A stretch of 64,000 bases of DNA, from NCBI GenBank assembly GCA_002501805.1, contig DAOI01000024.1:12224-76223 (forward strand). The letters are read 5' to 3'. The notes beneath the pieces were generated by a model. The model was given only the letters and a program-made list of their open reading frames with translations, was not told the DNA's origin and made no database searches. Below are positions 47,261 through 56,375 of this stretch, piece after piece. Every line of letters begins with the position of its first letter. Within the stretch, counting starts at the first letter, position 1. The position numbers were made by a program, and so were the translations under genes. Source of the DNA: Euryarchaeota archaeon UBA463 (GTDB lineage: Archaea; Thermoplasmatota; Poseidoniia; Poseidoniales; Thalassarchaeaceae).

Positions 47261-47794
47261 ATGGAGGACAGACTGGTCTGGATAGATTTGGAGATGACAG
47301 GTCTCGATCCGATAGATAATAAAATAATCGAAATAGCAACCATAGTCACAGAGGGGGACTTAACTTTGGTCTCTGAAGGGCCCTCTTTGGCCATTTTCCA
47401 GCCAGAGTCAGAATTGGAGAAGATGGATGATTGGAATATCACGCACCATACCAAGAACGGCCTCTTGAAGAGGGTCAGATCCGATGGTGTGCCAATAGCA
47501 GAGGCAGAGAGGCTGACTTTGGAGTTTTTAATGGAGCATTGCTTAGCTGGGGTTCCACCTCTGTGCGGCAATACAATAGGGCAAGATAGGAGGTTTCTCA
47601 GGAGGTATATGCCCGAGCTACATGAATTCTTCCACTACAGAAGTGTCGACGTTACATCCGTCAAGGAAATAGCCAGAAGATGGTACCCAAAGGCACCCAG
47701 ATTCTCCAAACCATCGGGTCACAGGGCTCTCGATGACATCAGAGGTAGTATCGAAGAGCTAGCCCATCTTAGAGAGCATGTTTTCAGAGACTGA
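47261..47794 (+). CDS. orn: Oligoribonuclease (DEDDh 3'-5' exoribonuclease)
   Basis: LVWIDLEMTGLDP..D.IIEIATIVT, MDDWN..HT.NGL, LCGNTIGQDRRFL..YMPEL..FFHYR..DV, HRALDDIR.SI.EL. From memory it is near-collinear with E. coli Orn. The start is ATG 47261. Confidence 0.85.
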   Translation: MEDRLVWIDLEMTGLDPIDNKIIEIATIVTEGDLTLVSEGPSLAIFQPESELEKMDDWNITHHTKNGLLKRVRSDGVPIAEAERLTLEFLMEHCLAGVPPLCGNTIGQDRRFLRRYMPELHEFFHYRSVDVTSVKEIARRWYPKAPRFSKPSGHRALDDIRGSIEELAHLREHVFRD

Positions 47795-47797
47795 AAA

Positions 47798-48505
47798 CTA
47801 CTCAATGGGAACCCCTTCAGAATCTGTAATAATTAGGTTAATCCCTAGTCCGGTTCTATGGAATGCTATAACCTCAAGTCCGTGAATCAGATGTCCCGTT
47901 ACAGCTCTACCAATTACTGGGAGACTATCGTTTCCTTTGTCTGATTTTACAGAATTACTACCTGGAGAAAGCCTCCTCCTAGTGCCTCCGACCTCATCGA
48001 ACCAGGGCAGTAACCCTTCTGGGGAGAATCTGACTCCAAGAATCATATCACATCCCTCCGTCCACTGTGCTGCATCAGCATCAGCCTCACTGGGAACCGC
48101 AACCGCATTTGGGTGGGAATGGATCCAGTGAGTGAATCTTCCTCCTCTTGATCCTCTGTCTTCTGTGAAAATTCCATCAATCCATTCTTCAGGAACATGA
48201 TGTACAGAGAATGAGTCCCCTCTGTTTACAAGATGAGGTGCCCCAAGAACATACCCCTGCCCTGCGAATAAACCTGACTGGAAGTCAGATCCAGTGAATC
48301 TCCTGTTTACTCCATCCGGATGGGGGCGGCTAACATCGGGATCGATTCCAACAAGTATCTCATCAGGAAGGGATCTGAAAGTCCACTCGATAATTTCTGA
48401 GAGCGTATCGACCGGCATTAGGAGTATTGCCGCATAGTCATCCTTGGAATCCAGGGAATACTTGTTGTATGATGCGGCTGAGCGCTCTAGCCAGTCATCA
48501 GCCAT
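47798..48505 (-). CDS. JAB1/MPN/Mov34 (JAMM-motif) metalloprotease-like protein
   Basis: Has an exact JAMM zinc motif H-x-H-x7-S-x2-D in HWIHSHPNAVAVPSEADADAA, with an upstream Glu (LSEIIEW). At 235 aa it carries long insertions relative to minimal archaeal JAMM proteins. Confidence 0.6.
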   Translation of the reverse strand: MADDWLERSAASYNKYSLDSKDDYAAILLMPVDTLSEIIEWTFRSLPDEILVGIDPDVSRPHPDGVNRRFTGSDFQSGLFAGQGYVLGAPHLVNRGDSFSVHHVPEEWIDGIFTEDRGSRGGRFTHWIHSHPNAVAVPSEADADAAQWTEGCDMILGVRFSPEGLLPWFDEVGGTRRRLSPGSNSVKSDKGNDSLPVIGRAVTGHLIHGLEVIAFHRTGLGINLIITDSEGVPIE

Positions 48506-48543
48506 ACCATTCGGATAGGGTTACACGACTTGAGTTCAACGGA

Positions 48544-49404
48544 CTAATTTATTTCCACATCCAGAACTACATGATCCCATCTGGGAGCATAGCTCTTTAT
48601 TCGATTGACTATAATTTTTCTTGCTCGGGAACCCTCTCTAAAATTACAAATCCCCGTCATAACCTCTTCTGCCCATTCAGAGTATTCATCTGGCTTAGCT
48701 AGGCCATGGATGTGAATTACTCCTCCGGAATCAGAGAGTACTTCCATAGCCGCCTCAAAACTCCTCTCGGAAGTAGGAAGTAAGCCCATAATAACCCTAT
48801 CAGCAACCTTTCCAATTGACTTACATGTCTCCCTGTTATCGCCTCTATGTATTGTACAAAGGGAAGAAACATTGTTCCTTTCTAGACTCCACTCAAGAGA
48901 CTCCACAGCATCATTATTCCACTCACAACAGTGGATATGTTCCACCTCCGAGTGGACTAGAATTGGGAGGGAGTAGTACCCTATCCCAGCGAATAAATCG
49001 ACTACCACTTCTCCTCTTCTCACAACCTCTCCCATCCGCCTCCTCTCATTCACATTACCCGCCGAGAACATACACTTTGTCACATGATAGCCGTAGTCGA
49101 CTCCATTCTCTCTTCTCACAACCCAGTCATCATCTCCCAGTAGCATCTTAACGCCACTCTTTCGTATTCTACCAGTCACCTCCCCCATTACCCCAAGCCT
49201 CTCAACATTGAGTCCTTGAGCGACTGCTTTCCAGAAATCAGGTCCGACTACATCCTCCCAAGACTCATCTCTGAAAGACCCAGATGGCAATATCGCAATA
49301 TCAGAGAATCTCTCCCACTTCTTGGGTATCTCTGAAGGAGGATTTTTACCGAGAAATGAGGAAATAGAATCGTATAAACGCTCATGTGGGCCCCTGCCAG
49401 CCAT
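48544..49404 (-). CDS. Trm5/Taw2 (TYW2, Met-10+ like) class I SAM-dependent tRNA modification enzyme
   Basis: Has the SAM motif VVDLFAGIGYYSLPILV, plus KCMFSAGNVNERRR, CCEWNNDAVESL, GDNRE, ADRVIMGLLP and GGVIHIHG. The pattern fits TYW2/Taw2 or Trm5. Confidence 0.75.
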   Translation of the reverse strand: MAGRGPHERLYDSISSFLGKNPPSEIPKKWERFSDIAILPSGSFRDESWEDVVGPDFWKAVAQGLNVERLGVMGEVTGRIRKSGVKMLLGDDDWVVRRENGVDYGYHVTKCMFSAGNVNERRRMGEVVRRGEVVVDLFAGIGYYSLPILVHSEVEHIHCCEWNNDAVESLEWSLERNNVSSLCTIHRGDNRETCKSIGKVADRVIMGLLPTSERSFEAAMEVLSDSGGVIHIHGLAKPDEYSEWAEEVMTGICNFREGSRARKIIVNRIKSYAPRWDHVVLDVEIN

Positions 49405-49462
49405 ACATCCCGGGCGAACATCACTGATTCAGACTTATGGTATATCACGCGCTCCAACTGCT

Positions 49463-52405
49463 GTGCGTACATGCATCGCGCTGGTCATCATTCTGCTATT
49501 TGCGCCACTGGCTAATGCGGCTCCTCCTCCCGGCGACTCTGAAGTTTCAAACGAAACCTGCTCTTCATGGGCAAATGGAAATGGAATATGCGATGACTAC
49601 TCCTCTAGCCTGGATTCTACTCTTATTGACGAGTGGATTGAGGGGCACGTGGCGATTTCCATGGAGGGGGCTTCGGCGATAGAGATGAGTATTGAACTGG
49701 CGGTTCATGAGCTCTCAAGAGAAGAATTAGGACTACTAGATTTGGATTTACAGGGAGATAGCGATCCATCTGATGGAATCCCAGCTGATTTTATCCGGAA
49801 CTATCGTGATTATTCTCAGAATGGCTCTTCTGTTGAGGATAGATTAATTCAGAAGATTGAGGATGTAATACAACAGATTGTGGATGAGAATTTTCCCAAT
49901 GCCACGCCTGGACCTATCCAAACTATACCGAGAATCAATTTTTTCGGACGGGAGCCCTCCTCCTGTACATTTAATCCCAATATTGACTCAATAGATGAAG
50001 AGAATGGATTGGAAAACGACCCCTTTAATCCCCCTATCTGTGTTCAATCACTCCTCACCTTGGATGTGAGTCCAACTAACATAGGAATGAACCCAGAAAC
50101 TGGGGATATCGATAGGGTGATGCAGGGACTAATTGCAATGGGGGGAGAGGTAACTACTAACTTCACAACGATTGCACCATCTGGACATTACATCGAATAC
50201 GTGATGGTTCCACCATCATATTCTAGCATTATCCATGTCGACGAGCCAGCATCTGTATTTTCAGTAGAACAGGGTCAAACACAAATTTTGGGGGCTAGAA
50301 TAGCTCTGGATAATCTCAACTCTCCGCACGATTATAGTCCAATAATATCTGACTTGGTGGCTGTCTTGGGATCTGGCGATATTACACCAGATTGGGAAAT
50401 CAATGCCGGCTCATCGTTGAGTTTGGATCTCTCAATAAATCTGGAGAATCCTATGGACAGCCATGTAGATATGGAAATTGGGATCCACCACCTAAGTACC
50501 GAAACATTGGAGGATTGGGGACTAGATCTAGAGACTCAAACCATCAGTCTTGATTCAGTGACTTCTGATGGAATAAGGATGTTCGACTCCGAGATGGATG
50601 TGGATGCCGATCAGATGCTATCGTCTCTACCGATTGACTTACTTTCAGAAACCTTTTCTCAATTCCTAGGGGCAGAAATAGTCTTTCAGACCCCGTCCTT
50701 CTCTGCCTCAAACAATACTGGTGGAATAATGTTCCAACACAGGCAAGTAGAGACTTGTGGTGAAGAATTGTCTTACAGATACTGTCTCGGACCTGTTGGG
50801 ACGATGTCCAGTACTTACCCAATCACTGTACAATCCACTACAATCTCCTCTGAAATACAGATTTCAAATATCTTTGACCAGATTTTACAGAATACAGATG
50901 GGGACCTATCGACAATAGATTTTTCACAAATTTCCGATGAGGATATTGCCACAATAATGAGCTTCCTGAGCCTGGAATTCGAAGTAGACTCCGACTTCCT
51001 CCAAGATTTAATTCCCATTGACTTTCCTACTACTGATATTAGCGTTACAATTCACTTACCCGAATGGTTGGATTCGTCTGGAAAGACACCAGATGTATTG
51101 GTATTCACATCCAATCATGGAGATACTAAAACTAAGAGCATCGAAATCGAAGGATCTAGACCCTTCGACTGGCGGCATTCAATATGTAGAATATCCGATC
51201 CATGTGAGGAGGACAGTATCGATCTTGTATGCGCTCCCACCCAGAAGACATGTATTTCATTCCTGGTTGAGATGGATATTTCCAAAGTCTCTGTTCATGA
51301 GTTGAGTGGTTCGGTTTCAATAGAATTCACATCGACAGTAATCCTAGAGATTTACAGATTAGGGCTAGATATGGAGATAGAGGGAGTGGAAATGTCCCCA
51401 GTTCCATCAGACGTGATAAGGAGAATCTTGGTGATGGGGGATAGAATGGAAGGGGGTCTACTGGCAGATTCTGAAATTGAATCGACAATAGACTTCGGAG
51501 TGGGCGACCCAGTCGACTTCGAGGTTTCAAATGAGGGCCTGATGAAACTATCAGATTACCTAACAGAGTCATACGCAGACATGATGAATGAATTTGGCAA
51601 CATTAACCTCGACTCTCAAGACCTTGGTTTGGACGGTTTTTCACTGTCTGCAGATTTTTCTTCACTACCATTCCAAGCAGATTTCGGGGAGGTCTCCTTG
51701 GGAGATGATCCATTCATTGGAGATGAAGAACCGATTAGATTAGCCACTAAGATAGATGACGCGGAACTCACTTTCTCATTAAGGCAGGATGAGATCATTG
51801 TTGGGGTCAACCCACGATCCTTGGCAATGATGCCTACTATGGTAATATCATCCATACTCCCCTCTCCTCTGCTAACTGAGTCAGGATTGTTACTAGATGG
51901 TTCGAATATCAGGCAGAGGGTAACGCCACTGATGGAACATACCAATTTTGGCACTATCAAGTCATCTGCATCTATCGAGATTTTACTGCCAGAGTCAATC
52001 AGAATAACATCTTTAGAAAGTGAGAAGGGCCTCGCGGAGATTAGTGACTCAGGGGATAGACAACTCTTGACTTACACTATGCCAACATGTCTGTCAGCAG
52101 TCACATGGGATGAGTGTAGTAGCAGTAATTCAGACATTGTCACATACTCAGTCGAGCTTTCATGGGCATTCATTATCGGCGAACTAGCTCCCTACATATT
52201 CTTCATTATTGTATCACTGGGAATTCTGGTAAGTAAGAAGAGGAGAAAGAAAAGGGAGAAGAAGCAAGCTCAAATAATATCTTCAAATGAAGAGAAAAGT
52301 GCAGAGATGGAGAAAATTATGGATATTGAGTTTGGTAGGTTACCAGAAAATATCACTCTGGTTGATGAGACTTTCTTCGATCAAACTGAGTCTGAAGGCC
52401 CATAG
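49463..52405 (+). CDS. Large acidic secreted protein with a C-terminal TM anchor and polybasic stop-transfer; no recognisable domain
   Basis: In-frame GTG 49463 gives M-RTCIALVIILLFAPLANA, a signal peptide. The ORF track start at 49322 overlaps the convergent... divergent Trm5/Taw2 gene. The C-terminus is TM (APYIFFIIVSLGILV), then KKRRKKREKKQ and an acidic tail. Confidence 0.55.
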   Translation: MRTCIALVIILLFAPLANAAPPPGDSEVSNETCSSWANGNGICDDYSSSLDSTLIDEWIEGHVAISMEGASAIEMSIELAVHELSREELGLLDLDLQGDSDPSDGIPADFIRNYRDYSQNGSSVEDRLIQKIEDVIQQIVDENFPNATPGPIQTIPRINFFGREPSSCTFNPNIDSIDEENGLENDPFNPPICVQSLLTLDVSPTNIGMNPETGDIDRVMQGLIAMGGEVTTNFTTIAPSGHYIEYVMVPPSYSSIIHVDEPASVFSVEQGQTQILGARIALDNLNSPHDYSPIISDLVAVLGSGDITPDWEINAGSSLSLDLSINLENPMDSHVDMEIGIHHLSTETLEDWGLDLETQTISLDSVTSDGIRMFDSEMDVDADQMLSSLPIDLLSETFSQFLGAEIVFQTPSFSASNNTGGIMFQHRQVETCGEELSYRYCLGPVGTMSSTYPITVQSTTISSEIQISNIFDQILQNTDGDLSTIDFSQISDEDIATIMSFLSLEFEVDSDFLQDLIPIDFPTTDISVTIHLPEWLDSSGKTPDVLVFTSNHGDTKTKSIEIEGSRPFDWRHSICRISDPCEEDSIDLVCAPTQKTCISFLVEMDISKVSVHELSGSVSIEFTSTVILEIYRLGLDMEIEGVEMSPVPSDVIRRILVMGDRMEGGLLADSEIESTIDFGVGDPVDFEVSNEGLMKLSDYLTESYADMMNEFGNINLDSQDLGLDGFSLSADFSSLPFQADFGEVSLGDDPFIGDEEPIRLATKIDDAELTFSLRQDEIIVGVNPRSLAMMPTMVISSILPSPLLTESGLLLDGSNIRQRVTPLMEHTNFGTIKSSASIEILLPESIRITSLESEKGLAEISDSGDRQLLTYTMPTCLSAVTWDECSSSNSDIVTYSVELSWAFIIGELAPYIFFIIVSLGILVSKKRRKKREKKQAQIISSNEEKSAEMEKIMDIEFGRLPENITLVDETFFDQTESEGP

Positions 52406-52417
52406 ATTTCATCACTA

Positions 52418-54145
52418 CTAGTTTTCGAAGTGATTTTGTATTTTCTTAGCCATGGAAATTCCGATTCCAGGGACTGCTCTGAGCTCATCTATGCTGGCAT
52501 GCTCTATCCCCTTCCTCCCTCCAAAGTGACGAAGTAGAGACTGTATTTTCTTGGCACCAAGCCCTTCAACCTCTTCCAGAGGGTCACGGATTGATCCCTT
52601 CCTCCTTCTACGACTGTGAAACTGATTTACAAACCTGTGAGCCTCATCTCTCGAATGAATTAGGACTCTCCCCCTTCGATCTAAGATGATCGGCTCCCTT
52701 CCCTGGATGTAGAGTGTCTCTTCTCTCTTGGCCAATGCGGCGACAATGAACTTGTCATCCATATCACTCTCTCTTAGTGCAGTATTTATCGTTGAGAGAT
52801 GAGTCTCGCCGCCGTCCAAAAGAAGAATATCCGGCCACTCATTTTGCCTCCTTATCCATCTTAATACCGACTCCCTCATCATGCTCAGGTCATCAGCTGA
52901 GTCCCCCTTTATCTTGTATGTCCTGTATTCCTTTTTCGAGGGCCGGCCATTCTTGAAAACAATCGAGGCCCCAACTCTTTCAGATCCCATAAGTTGGGCC
53001 ATATCGAAACAAACAATATGGTTTAGAGAATCCACTCCCAGTAGTTTCGCGCCCTCGTTTGCAGCACGTTGCTCAAGGTTTCCAGAGCTACTCCTCTCTG
53101 ATCGTGAGACCAAAATCTCGGCATTCTGATCAGCCATCTTTCTAAGTTTGAATAAATCCCCCCTCCTAGGCACTCTGGAAATCAAAGACCCACCTCTCCT
53201 AAATCTCAGCCATTTCTCCATAGAGTCCCCAATCGGAGAGGGGAGGAGCAAGACTTTCGGGGGCCTCCTATTGGCGTAATGCTCCACTAGGACAAGAGAT
53301 ACAGACTCAGAAATATCGCCCCTATGTATCAATGGATACTCGGTCTTACCTTGAACCACACCATCTTTGGCGTGCAGGATAATTACTACTGCCGAATCAC
53401 CTAGTGACGAGAATCCTATGGCGTCACAGTCTTGGTAGAACCTACTGTGAATTATCTGCTGGGAAAGCGTACTATGAACCGAGGCAATCATGTCCCTAAT
53501 TCCTGCTGCCCTCTCGTAGTTCAAATCTTCAGAAGCCTTATCCATATCATTCTGAAGAGACTCGATCAGAATCTTGGCATTGCCATCAAGAACATCTGTC
53601 ACAGCCTTAACTATGCCAGGATACCCCTCTGGATAGTAGCAAGGACCCTTGCATAGGCCGATATGCATTGCCAAGCAACCATCACTGCCCCTGCAGTCTT
53701 TGTCCCTTATTCCAAATTCAACCCTAAGTAGCTGGATCACCCTCTTGGCCGCACCTGCATCTGGAAATGGCCCCCATGATCTAGAACCATCGGGAGGATG
53801 ACGGGTGTAGAGAATTCTAGGAAACTCTTCTGCAGTTAAACATATGAAAGGATATGACTTATCATCTTTCAACCTAGAATTATACTTGGGCTTATGCTCC
53901 CTAATGAGGTTCCTCTCTAGGAATAACGCTTCGGAAGGACTTTTTGTAACTATGAAATCTATCTCATCAGCTTCCTCAATTAGCAAAGGAACCATCCTAC
54001 GTCCATCACTTCCTGAGAAATATGAAGATACTCTTGTTCTGATTTCAGTAGCCTTACCTACATACATTACTCTACCGTCTTTTCTCTTGAAAAGATAAAC
54101 TCCGGGTTTACGCGGAAGATCTAGTGAGCCCCTCTCAACCGTCAT
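52418..54145 (-). CDS. uvrC: Excinuclease ABC subunit C
   Basis: Has the GIY-YIG N-terminus (GVYLFKRKDGRVMYVGKA...R...Y), a UVR motif (LNYERAAGIRD), an Endo V-like nuclease domain and a C-terminal HhH (LRAVPGIGISMAKKI). Confidence 0.9.
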   Translation of the reverse strand: MTVERGSLDLPRKPGVYLFKRKDGRVMYVGKATEIRTRVSSYFSGSDGRRMVPLLIEEADEIDFIVTKSPSEALFLERNLIREHKPKYNSRLKDDKSYPFICLTAEEFPRILYTRHPPDGSRSWGPFPDAGAAKRVIQLLRVEFGIRDKDCRGSDGCLAMHIGLCKGPCYYPEGYPGIVKAVTDVLDGNAKILIESLQNDMDKASEDLNYERAAGIRDMIASVHSTLSQQIIHSRFYQDCDAIGFSSLGDSAVVIILHAKDGVVQGKTEYPLIHRGDISESVSLVLVEHYANRRPPKVLLLPSPIGDSMEKWLRFRRGGSLISRVPRRGDLFKLRKMADQNAEILVSRSERSSSGNLEQRAANEGAKLLGVDSLNHIVCFDMAQLMGSERVGASIVFKNGRPSKKEYRTYKIKGDSADDLSMMRESVLRWIRRQNEWPDILLLDGGETHLSTINTALRESDMDDKFIVAALAKREETLYIQGREPIILDRRGRVLIHSRDEAHRFVNQFHSRRRRKGSIRDPLEEVEGLGAKKIQSLLRHFGGRKGIEHASIDELRAVPGIGISMAKKIQNHFEN

Positions 54146-54182
54146 TTACAGTGATGCGCCGTAGGTCAACGCCCATGAACCC

Positions 54183-56375
54183 GTGCCTTGCCTCAGGACC
54201 ATGCTATCGCACTCGCAGGGAAGGGTCCTCTCCCGGCTGGCCGAGTTCGGAGAGCATCTAGATACTTCCTGGGATGTTCCAAGAGCGCTATCTCTGCCAG
54301 GATTGGCAGAATCTCTAGGCCTAGTTCGTTCTGCCCTACATCAGCCTCTTTCGGATTTGGAAAAAGATGGCTTGGTTTCAACAAGAACAGCTCATGTTAT
54401 CGGCGGTGGATCGAGGAAGAGAACCGTTGTTCACATTACAAAAAAGGGAAGAAAGCTAATTGAAAAAGAAAACCTAACTTCTAAGCCATCTAATAATGGG
54501 ATAATAGGGCCAGCCCCAGTTCCTTCAGAAGTACATGGGCGATCATCGGAGATTGAACGATTGTCTGAGGTAATATCAAATGGAGACTCGGTAATATTGA
54601 GTGGATTGCCAGGAATAGGAAAGTCAACACTGGCTAGGGCCGTAGCCTCTCACCTAGAGAGCCTTAGATGGAAGGTAAGGTGGGCCAATTGCTCTGTTAA
54701 TACTGATATCAAGGCCATAGGAAACATGTGGCTGTCTGGAAGATCTCTGGTGTCTCCAGAGGCCATCATTGAGTCTACTTTGTCCAAGAAAACTCTTCTC
54801 GTGCTTGATGAGGTCCAAGAATTACACCCTAGGCACGCCGGCTCGATTAGCAATCTTATTTCTCAGGCCTCCTCGTCAATGTGTTCAGTATTGATAGTGG
54901 TTAGGGCACCAAATCCATTGGATTTAGATGGAGACTTTGTAGAGCACCGCCTTCAGGGCCTCGATGTAGAATCAGCCAGGCTTCTCTTTCCTGAGGATAT
55001 CGATGATGAAACAGCGGCCGGAGTATCAAATTCTCTAGGAGGGCACCCTCTAGCAATTAGGCTCTGGTCTCCAGATGAAGGAGTTCCTGAGAAGTCCGAG
55101 GCGGTCCTCAAGTATGTTGAGAAGACTGTGATAAAAAGACTAACTGGTGAAGGGAAGAAAACTCTTGATGAACTATCTCTGGCTCCACAACCGATGAGTG
55201 TTGAAGAGATGGCTTCTGATGTTGGAATCCCTGAATTAGATGACTCAGCGATGCTGAAATGGCGTGATGGACTTACGGAGCTTCATCATCTGGTCAGGAA
55301 TGTTAGACGAGCTTCTTGGGATGTACAGACAACCTCAGGAATGCATAAGGAGGCCGCCAAGAAATGGGCGTTATTGGAGGGAGATAGAGCTAGGAAGATT
55401 GAAGCTCATCATAGGTCCATGTCGGGAGATGAGGAAGATATACGCTGGATTGAATCCAACATTCATCAAATCTCACTATCCGATAGTGCCGTAGCCGCTG
55501 TAGTATTAGAGAACGCACTGGAATTAGAAGAAAGTCAGATACTGAGAAAGGAGGCCGCATCTATCGCACTCGATAGGGGAGAGAGGAATGAGGCAAATGC
55601 CCACATCGATAAAATTGAAGAAACTCTATCGAGGAAGATATTACAGTCCCGATTAGCAAGACTAAACGGCAATCAATCCTTGTCAAATAGATTGGAGGAA
55701 GAAGCAATAAGTCTGTCAGAGCCAAGTCAACGTGCTAAAATGGAGGTATCTTCTATCATCAGGAGATTTGATGACAGACTTCCAGGGGGGCTGGATAAAT
55801 CTGAGTCCGATAAAATTCTACAGATTATCTCGCAAGTCAGATTGGGAGATATCCCCAATGATGAGAGGGAATCAGCAATCTTATCTCTTGAGCTGGTCAA
55901 ATATGGTATCGCCCTAAGTAATTCAAATCTCCAAGAAGCATCAAAATCAAGAGCTGAAATCGAGTCTAGACTTTCTCGAGATGATATCTTCCTAGAAATA
56001 CTAGATCTTAGGGCAAGGCTGTCCGCCAGAGTGAATGGCTCCACCTCCGACAGCTCAATCTCGTGGTCTAAAGATTTGATTTCCAATCTAGAAGATCCAG
56101 TTACTAGGATTATGGCAATCCACTCTACCCTGGAGGCCATAGGAAGAGAATTTCCAGGCTGGCTGATTGAGGCCCACAGAGAATGTTGTGGGTACCAGCT
56201 CAGAGAGGATATCCCTTCCTTCAGGAGAATGTCTGCACAAAGATGGTATTGGAGGGGAGTACTAGAATCAGCAAATCGAATGTCACACTGGAATGAGGCG
56301 ATAAGTAGATTTAGAGCCGCCGAGTGCACTAAAGCCGCCAATCAATTGGTCACTATATTGGCTAGAGGGAGCTAG
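54183..56375 (+). CDS. wHTH-fused P-loop NTPase (STAND/archaeal-ATPase-like) with a helical-repeat C-terminal domain
   Basis: An N-terminal winged helix (LPGLAESLGLVRSALHQPLSDLEKDGLV) is followed by Walker A LSGLPGIGKSTLA and Walker B LLVLDEVQ, then an alpha-helical region of about 400 aa. GTG 54183 or ATG 54201. Confidence 0.6.
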   Translation: MPCLRTMLSHSQGRVLSRLAEFGEHLDTSWDVPRALSLPGLAESLGLVRSALHQPLSDLEKDGLVSTRTAHVIGGGSRKRTVVHITKKGRKLIEKENLTSKPSNNGIIGPAPVPSEVHGRSSEIERLSEVISNGDSVILSGLPGIGKSTLARAVASHLESLRWKVRWANCSVNTDIKAIGNMWLSGRSLVSPEAIIESTLSKKTLLVLDEVQELHPRHAGSISNLISQASSSMCSVLIVVRAPNPLDLDGDFVEHRLQGLDVESARLLFPEDIDDETAAGVSNSLGGHPLAIRLWSPDEGVPEKSEAVLKYVEKTVIKRLTGEGKKTLDELSLAPQPMSVEEMASDVGIPELDDSAMLKWRDGLTELHHLVRNVRRASWDVQTTSGMHKEAAKKWALLEGDRARKIEAHHRSMSGDEEDIRWIESNIHQISLSDSAVAAVVLENALELEESQILRKEAASIALDRGERNEANAHIDKIEETLSRKILQSRLARLNGNQSLSNRLEEEAISLSEPSQRAKMEVSSIIRRFDDRLPGGLDKSESDKILQIISQVRLGDIPNDERESAILSLELVKYGIALSNSNLQEASKSRAEIESRLSRDDIFLEILDLRARLSARVNGSTSDSSISWSKDLISNLEDPVTRIMAIHSTLEAIGREFPGWLIEAHRECCGYQLREDIPSFRRMSAQRWYWRGVLESANRMSHWNEAISRFRAAECTKAANQLVTILARGS

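Noticed and set aside
55727-56341. 204-aa ORF antisense to the wHTH-STAND ATPase gene.
   Set aside because: It is fully embedded antisense in a longer ORF that has clear Walker motifs. It has a Ser/Leu-rich composition typical of shadow ORFs and no motif.
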